Assembly: GCA_946534105.1 (NCBI GenBank)
Contig: CAMNCG010000002.1
Coordinates: 1-51,506, forward strand
Origin: an uncultured Verrucomicrobiota bacterium
GTDB lineage: Bacteria > Verrucomicrobiota > Kiritimatiellia > RFP12 > UBA3636
DNA length: 51,506 nucleotides
Direction of reading: 5' to 3'
The notes below the pieces were generated by a model that was given only the letters and a program-made list of their open reading frames with translations, did not search any database and was not told the origin of the DNA. The translations under genes and the position numbers were made by a program. This document shows, one piece after another, positions 23,066 through 31,324 of the stretch; within the stretch, counting starts at the first letter, position 1, and each line of letters starts with the position of its first letter.

Positions 23066-23625
23066 GGTTGGGGCTCCAGCAGTTTGAACAGCGCGCCCGC
23101 GCAGGCGAGGGCGTCGTCGAGGGCGTCGTGGCTGTTGACGCCGTCCACGGCGAGCGCGTCGACGAGCGTCGCGAGCTTGTGGTCGGGAAGGTCGGGGCGG
23201 AGGCGGCGGGAGAGCGCGAGCGTGTCGCACGTGTCGATGCCGTCGCACGCATAGCAGAGGTCGAATTTGGCGCACTCCTGGCGGAGCATCCGCAGGTCGA
23301 AAACCGCGTTGTGGGCGACGAGGAGCGCTCCATCGCCGACAAATTCGAAGAACCGCCGCATCGCCTCCTCCGGAGCGATGCCGTGCTCGCGGAGGAAGTC
23401 GTCGGACAGACCGTGCACCGCCTCCGCCCACGGATTCACAGGGCAGGTCGGGCGGACGTAGAGGGCCAGCGTCCGTGACAGCGCCCCGCCGACGTATTCC
23501 GCGGCGGCGATCTGGCAGATCTCGTCGCACGCCGTCCCGCCCGTCGTCTCCGTGTCGAAGACGACCACGCGGCCCGCGTGGACGCGTGAGACGAGAAGTG
23601 GCAGCGATGCGGCGTCGATTCTCAT
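23062..23625 (-). CDS. DEDDh 3'-5' exonuclease (DnaQ/epsilon-like, stand-alone)
   Basis: Exo I is VVFDTETTG, Exo II is LVAHNAVFDLRML and Exo III is HDALDDALACA. Confidence 0.85.
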   Translation of the reverse strand: MRIDAASLPLLVSRVHAGRVVVFDTETTGGTACDEICQIAAAEYVGGALSRTLALYVRPTCPVNPWAEAVHGLSDDFLREHGIAPEEAMRRFFEFVGDGALLVAHNAVFDLRMLRQECAKFDLCYACDGIDTCDTLALSRRLRPDLPDHKLATLVDALAVDGVNSHDALDDALACAGALFKLLEPQP

Positions 23626-23640
23626 GTCACGACTGAAACG

Positions 23641-25875
23641 CTAGTTTCCCCAGAGCCAGTTTTCGAGATCTTCCGCAATTGCCTTTCGCCGGGCGATGGC
23701 GTCGTCCTTCGTCCATGCCGCGACCTTGGCGCCGAGATCGCGGATGGAGCGGTATTCGCTTGCAGCGTAGGCTACCGGCTTTTTTGTCCGCTGATTGCGG
23801 ATGCTCCTGTTGAGGCCGCTTTCCAGCATGGCGAGGTTGCCGATCCTGTTGAGTTCGTCGCCCCATTCGCGCCAGACCTGTTCGAAGTCCTTTTCGTCGG
23901 TAAACGACTGGACATGCTCGATGTCGAAGCCCGTCTCGAACAGCCGCCGGAACAGGGCGTCGTCTTTTTCGCCCGAGGCGCGGTATTCGACAAGGCGGCA
24001 GAGGAGGTTCTTCCACTTGACGTTCCACGCAACCGGATTGTCAAGGGACACCCGGAACAGCTGCGCCAGGTTTTGCCCGCCGAATGTCCAGCGCTTCGCG
24101 CACCATTCCATGACGGAAGCCCCTGAACCGAACTCGCCGCTCCACATGGCCTTCAGCAGGTCGAGGAGAAGCGCACGGCCCTGATACACGTGCTTCGCAT
24201 AGTAGAGGCTCGGCGGGACAAGGGCCTTCACCAGGCCCTCCGTGAACGGGCGGATGGCTCCCGCCGCCGAAACGCCGGCGAGGAGGGCGAGCACGGGGAA
24301 GTCGGCTGCGTAACCGTAGCGTGTTTCCCAGAACAGGCGTTGGAAAATCCGGAGGTCGGCATCCCGTGCGCAGGCCTCAAGATAGGTGACATGGGCGTCT
24401 GCAACGGCGGCCAGATCCTCAATGGCAAGGACGCCCTTGAACGCCTTGAAGTCGTCCCATGCGTGCACGTCGAGAAGCGTGTCGAACAGTTCGCAGAAGA
24501 AGCGCTCCTGCGACATGGAGAAGGTCGCGGCGTTCATGTCGTACTTAGCGACCAACTCGCGCTGGTATGTCGCGAGAACCGCCGACATCGGAAGCGTCGT
24601 CCCGTTGCAGGGGTGGCGGTTGTATTCGGCGACACGCTCGTAAATCTCAGAGATGCGGTCAAAGGCATCCTCGCCGTCGCCCATTCTCTGCCGGTATTCG
24701 TAGAAGCGGACCTTGAACAAATCCTCGCTGCCGAGGTCAAGCCCCGACGAATTGATCGTGTCGAAAATCTCAAGCGTCTTCGACAGCCCCGCGCGGGTTT
24801 CGATGATCACGATACGGACGCTTTTTTCCAGAAAGGCCCGCATCCGGCCCATGTAGTCCGCAAGCGCCTCGTCCGGAACGGGGGCGGCATCGTCCCCGCC
24901 ATCGTCTCGCGAGGCCAATTCGCGGAGAAGGGAAACGATGATCCGCGCATTGGCGAAGTACGGATTGGACCGGAGCGCAGAGGTCTCGTCGCCGACGGCC
25001 GGATTCAGCTCCATCAGCGCCAGGCCGTCCAGTGCCTCGTCCAAATCGTTCTGCGCGGCCCGCTTGTTGACGGACGTCCGGAAGTTCCGCTTCGCGTAGT
25101 CGAGCGTCCACCCCGTTCCGGAATCGCAGCCGAACCTCTCAAGAATGGAGAGCAGGAGCAAAAGCGTTGTCATGCGCTGCTGGCCGTCGATCACGTCGTA
25201 GGAGCGGATGCTTCCGTCCGGATTGAGCGGAATCGGCTGCGAGAGCTGCATGGTCCCGAGGAAGACCGGGTCCTTGCAGGAAAGGGCCTGGTGCAGATCC
25301 TCCAGCAGACGCCGGATTTGCGGCTCGCCCCACGAATACGGACGCTGGAAGATGGGAACATGGTACTTCGCGCCCGGATGGAACAGCCGCCCCGGATCGG
25401 ACTCGTCGCAAAGCGAAACCACCCGCGTCGAAATGGCAAACGGCCCGGGTCCGTCGGTCCGGCCGTTTTCGCCCCACCACTTCTGGACTTTTTCGGCGGC
25501 GAGTGCGGCGCGGCAGAAGGCGCGCCGGGAATCGATGCCCCAATACTCGCCGCGCTCGCGCTCGCCAAGGAGGACGAGGCGAGAGCGGCAGACGACAGCG
25601 TCGGCGTCCACCAGGAACTCGTCGGCATCTCGATTGCGGAACGGAATACCGGCGGCCTCCCATTCCGTGAACTTGCCAAGGGCCTCGCCGATCGCGACAG
25701 GGACGCTCCCGTCGGAGACGATGAACAGGTCGCCGCGTTCCACGGCGTTCCAGTCGCCTCGATTCCCGCCGTACGCGTTTCCGAAGAACACGCATCCATA
25801 GTCGAAGAAGAGGTCCAGGACGCTCTCCCCCATGTTCCCCCAGCGGGAACCGACCTTCCAGACGTTCTTGTCCAT
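23641..25875 (-). CDS. GmrSD-like DUF262 + DUF1524 (His-Me finger) protein with ~160-aa extra N-terminal domain
   Basis: DUF262 motifs are HVPIFQRPYSW and YDVIDGQQRMTTLLLLL. The C-terminal ...FDIEHVQSF...GNLAMLESGLNRSIRN resembles the DUF1524 HNH-like end. Confidence 0.8.
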   Translation of the reverse strand: MDKNVWKVGSRWGNMGESVLDLFFDYGCVFFGNAYGGNRGDWNAVERGDLFIVSDGSVPVAIGEALGKFTEWEAAGIPFRNRDADEFLVDADAVVCRSRLVLLGERERGEYWGIDSRRAFCRAALAAEKVQKWWGENGRTDGPGPFAISTRVVSLCDESDPGRLFHPGAKYHVPIFQRPYSWGEPQIRRLLEDLHQALSCKDPVFLGTMQLSQPIPLNPDGSIRSYDVIDGQQRMTTLLLLLSILERFGCDSGTGWTLDYAKRNFRTSVNKRAAQNDLDEALDGLALMELNPAVGDETSALRSNPYFANARIIVSLLRELASRDDGGDDAAPVPDEALADYMGRMRAFLEKSVRIVIIETRAGLSKTLEIFDTINSSGLDLGSEDLFKVRFYEYRQRMGDGEDAFDRISEIYERVAEYNRHPCNGTTLPMSAVLATYQRELVAKYDMNAATFSMSQERFFCELFDTLLDVHAWDDFKAFKGVLAIEDLAAVADAHVTYLEACARDADLRIFQRLFWETRYGYAADFPVLALLAGVSAAGAIRPFTEGLVKALVPPSLYYAKHVYQGRALLLDLLKAMWSGEFGSGASVMEWCAKRWTFGGQNLAQLFRVSLDNPVAWNVKWKNLLCRLVEYRASGEKDDALFRRLFETGFDIEHVQSFTDEKDFEQVWREWGDELNRIGNLAMLESGLNRSIRNQRTKKPVAYAASEYRSIRDLGAKVAAWTKDDAIARRKAIAEDLENWLWGN

Positions 25876-25902
25876 TTCCCAGGCCCTTTCAGTTGGTAGC
25901 GA

Positions 25903-26256
25903 CTACCGCGTGGGGCTGTGGTGCCCGCCGCGCTCGGGGTTGCGCGAACAGGAATTGATTACAAGCGACCGCAGGTCTCTGTACTCACGTCCGCAGAACT
26001 TGCAAACAAAAGGCCCATTGGGATTGCCCTCGAACGGCTCATGATTTCTCCCATTGGGATTGCTGGAGCAGGAATTGATCACCAGCGAGCGCAGATCACG
26101 ATATGCCCGTCCACAGTGGACGCAGAGAAAGGGGCCGTTCTTGTCGCCTTCAAACAATTCGTGGTTGCGACCATTGGGGTTGGCAGAGCAAGAATTAATC
26201 AGTAATGACCGTGCATCACGGTATTCTCGTCCGCAGTATTTGCACAGTTCGCTCAT
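25903..26256 (-). CDS. 117-aa protein made of three 40-aa C-x2-C-x14-C-x8-H repeats (zinc-ribbon/knuckle-like, family not recognised)
   Basis: AAGGAGA lies 7 nt upstream of the ATG. The repeats are CKYCGREYRDARSLLINSCSANPNGRNHELFEGDKNGPFL, CVHCGRAYRDLRSLVINSCSSNPNGRNHEPFEGNPNGPFV and CKFCGREYRDLRSLVINSCSRNPERGGHHSPTR. Confidence 0.7.
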   Translation of the reverse strand: MSELCKYCGREYRDARSLLINSCSANPNGRNHELFEGDKNGPFLCVHCGRAYRDLRSLVINSCSSNPNGRNHEPFEGNPNGPFVCKFCGREYRDLRSLVINSCSRNPERGGHHSPTR

Positions 26257-26284
26257 GGTGGTTCTCCTTGGTTGGGGTTGTGGG

Positions 26285-28234
26285 TTACGGGTTGACCGGA
26301 ACGCGGTACTTGAGCAGCGAGGCGAAGGCGTTCGCCACGGCGGCCAGGCTGCCGCGAAGCTTTTCTGAAAAGGCGTCGGAAACGAGTTCGTCGTGGTCCT
26401 TGAAGGGAACCGTGATGTTCCACCAGATGTTCTCCGGACGATGCCCGATGTTCTTGTCAACGGCGGCGCTGACGGCGAAAGGAGCCCATGCGGCGCAGTA
26501 GGCGGCTTCCGCCGCCGCAAGGTCGGTCTGGATGTCCGAAGCTGCGAAATCGATGCGAAAGCGCTCCTTCGGCGTGTTCCCCCAAAATTCGCCCCAGATT
26601 TTGAGCTGGAACGAGGAACCATCGTGGAAGACGCGGAAGGTCAGAAGGCCAAGGTAATTCCGGTTCTCGGCAATTCCGGAGAGCGGAGACATCCAAAACG
26701 TGGCCGCCAGATTGCTCACGACCTTCGACTGCTCCGATGTGATGGCGCCGGCTCCGTCGAAATCCGCCCCGAAACCCTTTTTCAGCCCTTTCATGCCAAG
26801 TGTTTTGTCGCGAAGGTCTTTCAGGTATTGCGATTTGCTGAAGTTCTCCGGCGTCGCCGCCTGAGCGGGTTCGCTCTTGACGTTCGTGACGGCCGAGAGG
26901 CGCATGAGCCATTCAACCGTTTCGCCGACGGTTTCATTCTGGTTCGCCGCCGCAACGCGTGTCTTTATGCGGTTCAGGATACGCGAGATGTTCAGCGCAC
27001 GCGCTTTGAGGAACGTGTCACGACTGCAGAAACGGAACAGCATCTGCTCCCATGGCTCGTCGAATTCGGTCATCGCCTTGAGCTTCTCCGCCTCACCTGT
27101 CGCGAGTGCCGGGAGGTCTTCCCGTTGCGCGAAGGCTTCGCCCCAGTTTGGAAAGTTCGGCTCGGCGAGAAGCGCGTCATAGACCTTCGGGTACTGAATC
27201 TGGAGGCTCACGAGCGCGAACAGAACATCCTTCCACTTCGCGAAATCGGCGTCGTCCTGCTTGTCCGTTGTCCGGGCGATGACCAGTTTGATGAGAGAGA
27301 GGTAGTTGATGAGGCGCTTGAGCGAGCGCGGGTTCGTTCCGACGGAATCAAGCGCGTAGGCGGTGATCGCTTCGCAGAGCGACTTATCGCCCTTCTCCTT
27401 CGCGTCGAGATAGCCAATCTCAACGAGCGAGCCCATCAGGAAATCGTCAATCGTGTAGTTGGCGACGGGCATGGAGAAGGGAAGCTGGATGATCTTGTCG
27501 AAGAAGGAGCGGAACTCGCGCTCGTTGGCCGCCGTCATTTCGCCGAACTTCGGCTTGAGGCCCTTCACGACGACGCCGTAGTCAATGGCGAGGACGAAGA
27601 TGCAGTGCGGGATGTCGAAGATGTTCTTCAGCAATTCGAGAATCTGGACGGCCACGGGCGGGTCGATGCGGTCGAGGTCGTCGATGAAGAAGAGAAAGCC
27701 GTGCTTGCCCGGCGCCTTCTGCAATGCGTCATTGACCAACTTGGCGAGTTTGTCCTTGAGATCCTCGACGCCTGACTTCGTCACATCGTTGCCGTTGGCA
27801 CTCCACTCCTTTACGTTCTTTTCGAGATCGACACCGCTATACTTCTTGAAGATGTCCGACACGACCCCGCCGCCCACGCGGGCGATTCTGCAGAGCAGTC
27901 TGGTTCTCTCCTCGTCGCTGGTCTTGGCGATGGAGGATACCTGTCCGATGATGCCGGAGAGGATGTTGAGGATCGCTTCATCCGGGTTCGACATCAGGGC
28001 GTATTGCCATGTGTTGATCCATACGCCGAGATAGGGGGCTTCGCCAGCATCAACGAGCCGGGCTTTGAGCGCGTTCATGAGGGATGTCTTGCCGCTGCCC
28101 CACTCGCCCTGGAGGGCGATGGTGAGGGGCGACTGGGCGTTTTGGATGAACTCCACAAGCGCGTCGGCGTAAGCGCCCATGTGGAGCCGATCTTCATCCG
28201 CCTTGGCGGGTTGGTCAACGACATTGGTGTTCAT
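26285..28234 (-). CDS. KAP-family P-loop NTPase (no obvious TM insert)
   Basis: The N-terminal DRLHMGAYADALVEFI...PLTIALQGEWGSGKTSLMNAL (Walker A) and HGFLFFIDDLDRIDP (Walker B) form the KAP NTPase signature. Confidence 0.8.
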   Translation of the reverse strand: MNTNVVDQPAKADEDRLHMGAYADALVEFIQNAQSPLTIALQGEWGSGKTSLMNALKARLVDAGEAPYLGVWINTWQYALMSNPDEAILNILSGIIGQVSSIAKTSDEERTRLLCRIARVGGGVVSDIFKKYSGVDLEKNVKEWSANGNDVTKSGVEDLKDKLAKLVNDALQKAPGKHGFLFFIDDLDRIDPPVAVQILELLKNIFDIPHCIFVLAIDYGVVVKGLKPKFGEMTAANEREFRSFFDKIIQLPFSMPVANYTIDDFLMGSLVEIGYLDAKEKGDKSLCEAITAYALDSVGTNPRSLKRLINYLSLIKLVIARTTDKQDDADFAKWKDVLFALVSLQIQYPKVYDALLAEPNFPNWGEAFAQREDLPALATGEAEKLKAMTEFDEPWEQMLFRFCSRDTFLKARALNISRILNRIKTRVAAANQNETVGETVEWLMRLSAVTNVKSEPAQAATPENFSKSQYLKDLRDKTLGMKGLKKGFGADFDGAGAITSEQSKVVSNLAATFWMSPLSGIAENRNYLGLLTFRVFHDGSSFQLKIWGEFWGNTPKERFRIDFAASDIQTDLAAAEAAYCAAWAPFAVSAAVDKNIGHRPENIWWNITVPFKDHDELVSDAFSEKLRGSLAAVANAFASLLKYRVPVNP

Positions 28235-28591
28235 TTCCGTTTGTCTCCGATTGTCAGGGTGTGACGCCCCTGCCGCAGACGAAGAAGAAAGAGGCGCGTC
28301 TCCGGGAGTCTCTCCGAGGGAGGCACGGCCAAGCGCCTGGCGAAGAAAGCAAGCCGAAGGCGCGCCCTAGGGGCGCAGACCATCGGGCGTGCTTCTTCGC
28401 ATTCGGAAAGTTTGGCCGTTTTCCCTCGGAAGAAACGCTCATGGATCGAGTGTCGCCGGGCGGTTGACCCGGCGGAGAGAACTCTACCACAACCCGGGTC
28501 CGCCGTGCAAGGACAAATCGGACTTGCACGGCGAACCGGCTCCGGGCGGCCTTCGGCTTGCAAGGGGATCGACATCGGTTTCCCCGCCCGG

Positions 28592-29407
28592 TCAGCCGGC
28601 GAAAAGGTCGAGGCCGTCGAAGAGGTCGTCGTCGGAGCCGTGCGAGTTTTCCGCCCCGAGACCGCGCGCCTTGATTCCGGGAATCGCCACGCGGCCTTCG
28701 AGGAATTCAAGCGCATTGCGGGTGGGCGTGAGATTGTCGTCCAGCAAGCCGCAGGCGACGAGCTTCGCGTCGTTGCGGACGAGCGGGAGAAGGTCGTCCA
28801 CGCCGCAGCCGAGATACGCGGCGGCCTCTTCGAGACGGACGAGGTTGGACGCGCCGCAGCATCGTCCGTCCAGATCGTATTCGAGCAGGTCGTGGGTTTC
28901 GCAGAGCCCGACCAGAAAGACGTCCATCTCCCGCCTCGAAAGGCGGTAGCGGCGCGCGAGCGCCGCGCACCGGGCGGCCACTCCGCCGTCCGTCGCGGGA
29001 GCGAGTCCCGCGACTGCCTTCGCGAGGCGGGAAACGGCGGCGCGGACGCACGCGCGGACCTCGGGCTGCGGGCAGGACCAGAGATCGTCGAGAAAAGTGC
29101 AGGGTTCGGCGCCGAAGTCGACCTCGAACGTCCCGTGCCTGACGGCGCTTCGCCCGGATTCGGTGGTGCATTCGAGCGTGTCTCCGTTCCAGCGGAATTC
29201 GTAGGGGCCGATCGCCCCCGTCAGGGACGCGAAGTCCGCCTTGAGGTCGCGGCCGGACGCGAAGACGGCAACGGCGCCGAAGAGGTCGGAACCGCCGCTC
29301 ACGGAAGTCGTCCGCGTGCGGAGGAGATTGTCGAGGAAGCGCAGCGCGTGCCTGGCTTCGAACTGGAGCGTAGGATGGATTGGATGGATGGAGGGGGCGG
29401 TGTTCAT
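28592..29407 (-). CDS. hypothetical protein (271 aa), sigma-54-dependent by promoter prediction
   Basis: ATG at 29407. The N-terminal 39 aa are shared with the 17558..17755 ORF, and the remainder is unrecognised. A hairpin ccgtgcaag-N11-cttgcacgg (28505-28533) lies downstream. Confidence 0.55.
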   Translation of the reverse strand: MNTAPSIHPIHPTLQFEARHALRFLDNLLRTRTTSVSGGSDLFGAVAVFASGRDLKADFASLTGAIGPYEFRWNGDTLECTTESGRSAVRHGTFEVDFGAEPCTFLDDLWSCPQPEVRACVRAAVSRLAKAVAGLAPATDGGVAARCAALARRYRLSRREMDVFLVGLCETHDLLEYDLDGRCCGASNLVRLEEAAAYLGCGVDDLLPLVRNDAKLVACGLLDDNLTPTRNALEFLEGRVAIPGIKARGLGAENSHGSDDDLFDGLDLFAG

Positions 29408-29464
29408 CGTCGGGATGGTTTTGGGGTTGGGGGTTGGGTGATTGCGTGGTTGCAAGTCGGAAGA

Positions 29465-29480
29465 AGCAAGGGACGTGCCA
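29465..29480 (-). promoter_or_regulatory. sigma-54 (-24/-12) promoter, consensus match
   Basis: The minus strand reads TGGCACGTCCCTTGCT, an exact fit to TGGCACG-N4-TTGCW. It lies 58 nt upstream of ATG 29407. The divergent neighbour encodes a sigma-54 activator. Confidence 0.75.
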
Positions 29481-29636
29481 AGCCGGGCGATCGTGGTTCC
29501 GGACGGGCTCAGAGCAGTCGAAACGCCCGTCCGGGACGGAGAACCGGGCGCTTTTTCAACGCGCGGCGGCAGAAAGTGAAATCGAGTCCGGCTGCACGGG
29601 AATTGACCGGATGCGCGAATATTGAGCAAATTGCGC

Positions 29637-29665
29637 TTGATTCCGGAGGAGCCGTGCGGTAGGAT
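29637..29665 (+). promoter_or_regulatory. sigma-70-like promoter TTGATT-17 nt-TAGGAT inside a duplicated 143-nt promoter/leader element
   Basis: -35 is at 29637-29642 and -10 at 29660-29665. The identical hexamers and spacing recur at 35412-35440. Confidence 0.55.
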
Positions 29666-29752
29666 GTGCGGCCCTGCGGATGGATGCAGGGGCGAACGCG
29701 CAAGGGGTGGCGCGGAACTTGCTTGGGACGCGGAAACGAAAGGAACGAACGA

Positions 29753-31324
29753 ATGAACGAAAACCGAAAATCGTCTCGAAGGGCGTCCGGCCGGGTGCTC
29801 GTGGTCTCGGGACTCGGAGACCTGTGGGAGTATCTCTTCGCTTCGGCGATCGCGCTGCGGGCGAGGCCGGGCGCGGATCTCGCCTTCGCGAGCCGGCAGG
29901 CGCTTCCGGAGGTGCTGTCGGAGCGGGCGGGCGACGGCTTCCGCGAGGCGCTGCTCCTCGGCGTGGGGCTTTCGGCCGAGCCGGCGCGGCTTGGCGAGGC
30001 GTTCCGGGCGCTCCGGACGGCCGGGACGAAGATCCGTTGGATCAGCGCGACGGACTTCCCGGTTCCGCCGGAGCTTCCGGAGGGCGTGCGGGCGCTCTTC
30101 GAGGCGCGCGTGGGCGAAGCCGAAGACCTTCCCGGCGCCGTCGCGGAGGTGCTCGGCGGCGGCGAGGCATTGCTGGCGCTGCACGCCGACCCGGCGCGGA
30201 CGGCGGGCGGAAAGGCGTGGGCCGAGCGGGTGGAGGCGGCAACGTGGAACTTCGCGAACACCCGCGACATGACGCCACTGGAATCGGTCGCGCGAGATCT
30301 GGCAGGAGGTGTCGCGCCGGAGCGTTGGGGCGCCGAGGCGAAACGTCTCGTCGAGGCGTTCCGCCAGTTCGGCTACCGGAGCCTGCAGACGGCGAGTCCG
30401 GCGATGCGGCGGCTGCGCAAGGACATCACGCGCGTCGCGCGGAGCCGCGCGATGCGGGTGCTCGTCACCGGCGAGAGCGGCGTGGGAAAGGAGACCGTGG
30501 CGCAGCAGATCCACGTGCAGTCCGGGCGGCGGGGGCCGTTTCTGGCGTTCAATTGCGCGACAGTGGCGAAGGACCTGCTGGAAAGCCAGCTCTTCGGACA
30601 CGCCAAGGGCGCATTCACGGGCGCGACGGAGGCAAGAGCCGGATTCTTCCGAGAGGCGGACGGCGGGACGCTCTTCCTCGACGAAATCGCGGAGCTAACG
30701 CCGGAAGTCCAGGGAGTGCTGCTGCGCGTGCTGCAGGAGGGGCGCGTCCAACCGGTGGGCGAGCGGGAGGTCAAGGTGGACGTCCGCGTCGTGGCGGCGA
30801 CGAACCGCGATCTCGCGACGCTCGTGCGCGAGGGGCGCTTCCGAGAGGACCTGTTCTGGCGACTCTCGGCCGTCACGCTGGAAGTGCCGCCGCTGCGAGC
30901 CCGCACGGAGGATTTCCGGCCGCTCGTCCGGGAATTGTGGAAATCCTTCGCGCCGAGACGCAAGCCGATCGGAGAAGAGGACGTCGCGCTTCTGGCGGCG
31001 TGGGACTGGCCGGGGAACGTCCGGCAGCTCGCGAACGTCCTGGAGCGCGCGGCTATTTTCGAGGACCGGACGATCGCGGAGCTGCTCGCGGAGGAGAAGG
31101 CGCGAAGCGGCGTCCGGGCGTCGGCCCGGGAGAGCGCGCGGCCGCCCGGCGCGGGCGAGGACGCTCCGCTCGAAGAAGTCGTGCGCGCCCATGTGCGCGC
31201 CGTCTGGGAGCGGCACGGGCGGAACGGATCGGAGGCGGCCCGGATCCTAGGCATCTCGCGCAACACGCTCCGGGCGAAGCTCGACGGAGCGGACCGGAGC
31301 GATCACGGAGCGCGGATGCCATGA
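29753..31324 (+). CDS. sigma-54-dependent transcriptional activator (bacterial enhancer-binding protein) with unrecognised ~225-aa N-terminal domain
   Basis: Features present are Walker A VLVTGESGVGKE, the GAFTGA motif (HAKGAFTGA), GGTLFLDEIAEL, VRVVAATNRDL, WDWPGNVRQL and the C-terminal HTH GISRNTLRAKL. Confidence 0.9.
   Translation: MNENRKSSRRASGRVLVVSGLGDLWEYLFASAIALRARPGADLAFASRQALPEVLSERAGDGFREALLLGVGLSAEPARLGEAFRALRTAGTKIRWISATDFPVPPELPEGVRALFEARVGEAEDLPGAVAEVLGGGEALLALHADPARTAGGKAWAERVEAATWNFANTRDMTPLESVARDLAGGVAPERWGAEAKRLVEAFRQFGYRSLQTASPAMRRLRKDITRVARSRAMRVLVTGESGVGKETVAQQIHVQSGRRGPFLAFNCATVAKDLLESQLFGHAKGAFTGATEARAGFFREADGGTLFLDEIAELTPEVQGVLLRVLQEGRVQPVGEREVKVDVRVVAATNRDLATLVREGRFREDLFWRLSAVTLEVPPLRARTEDFRPLVRELWKSFAPRRKPIGEEDVALLAAWDWPGNVRQLANVLERAAIFEDRTIAELLAEEKARSGVRASARESARPPGAGEDAPLEEVVRAHVRAVWERHGRNGSEAARILGISRNTLRAKLDGADRSDHGARMP

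Noticed and set aside
24190-25899. 569-aa plus-strand ORF. Likewise 26393..27775, 43354..45285, 40045..41169, 41502..42656, 37296..38315 and 28412..29662.
   Set aside because: These are antisense to genes with strong motif support (GmrSD-like, KAP NTPase, glycoside hydrolase, FAD oxidoreductase, metallophosphoesterase, PfkB kinase). I saw no motifs of their own.
28235-28591. Search for a sigma-54 or other recognisable promoter upstream of the KAP NTPase operon.
   Set aside because: Only a partial GGCACG-like string on the wrong strand and a downstream hairpin of the neighbouring gene were found. No element has the correct -24/-12 spacing on the minus strand.
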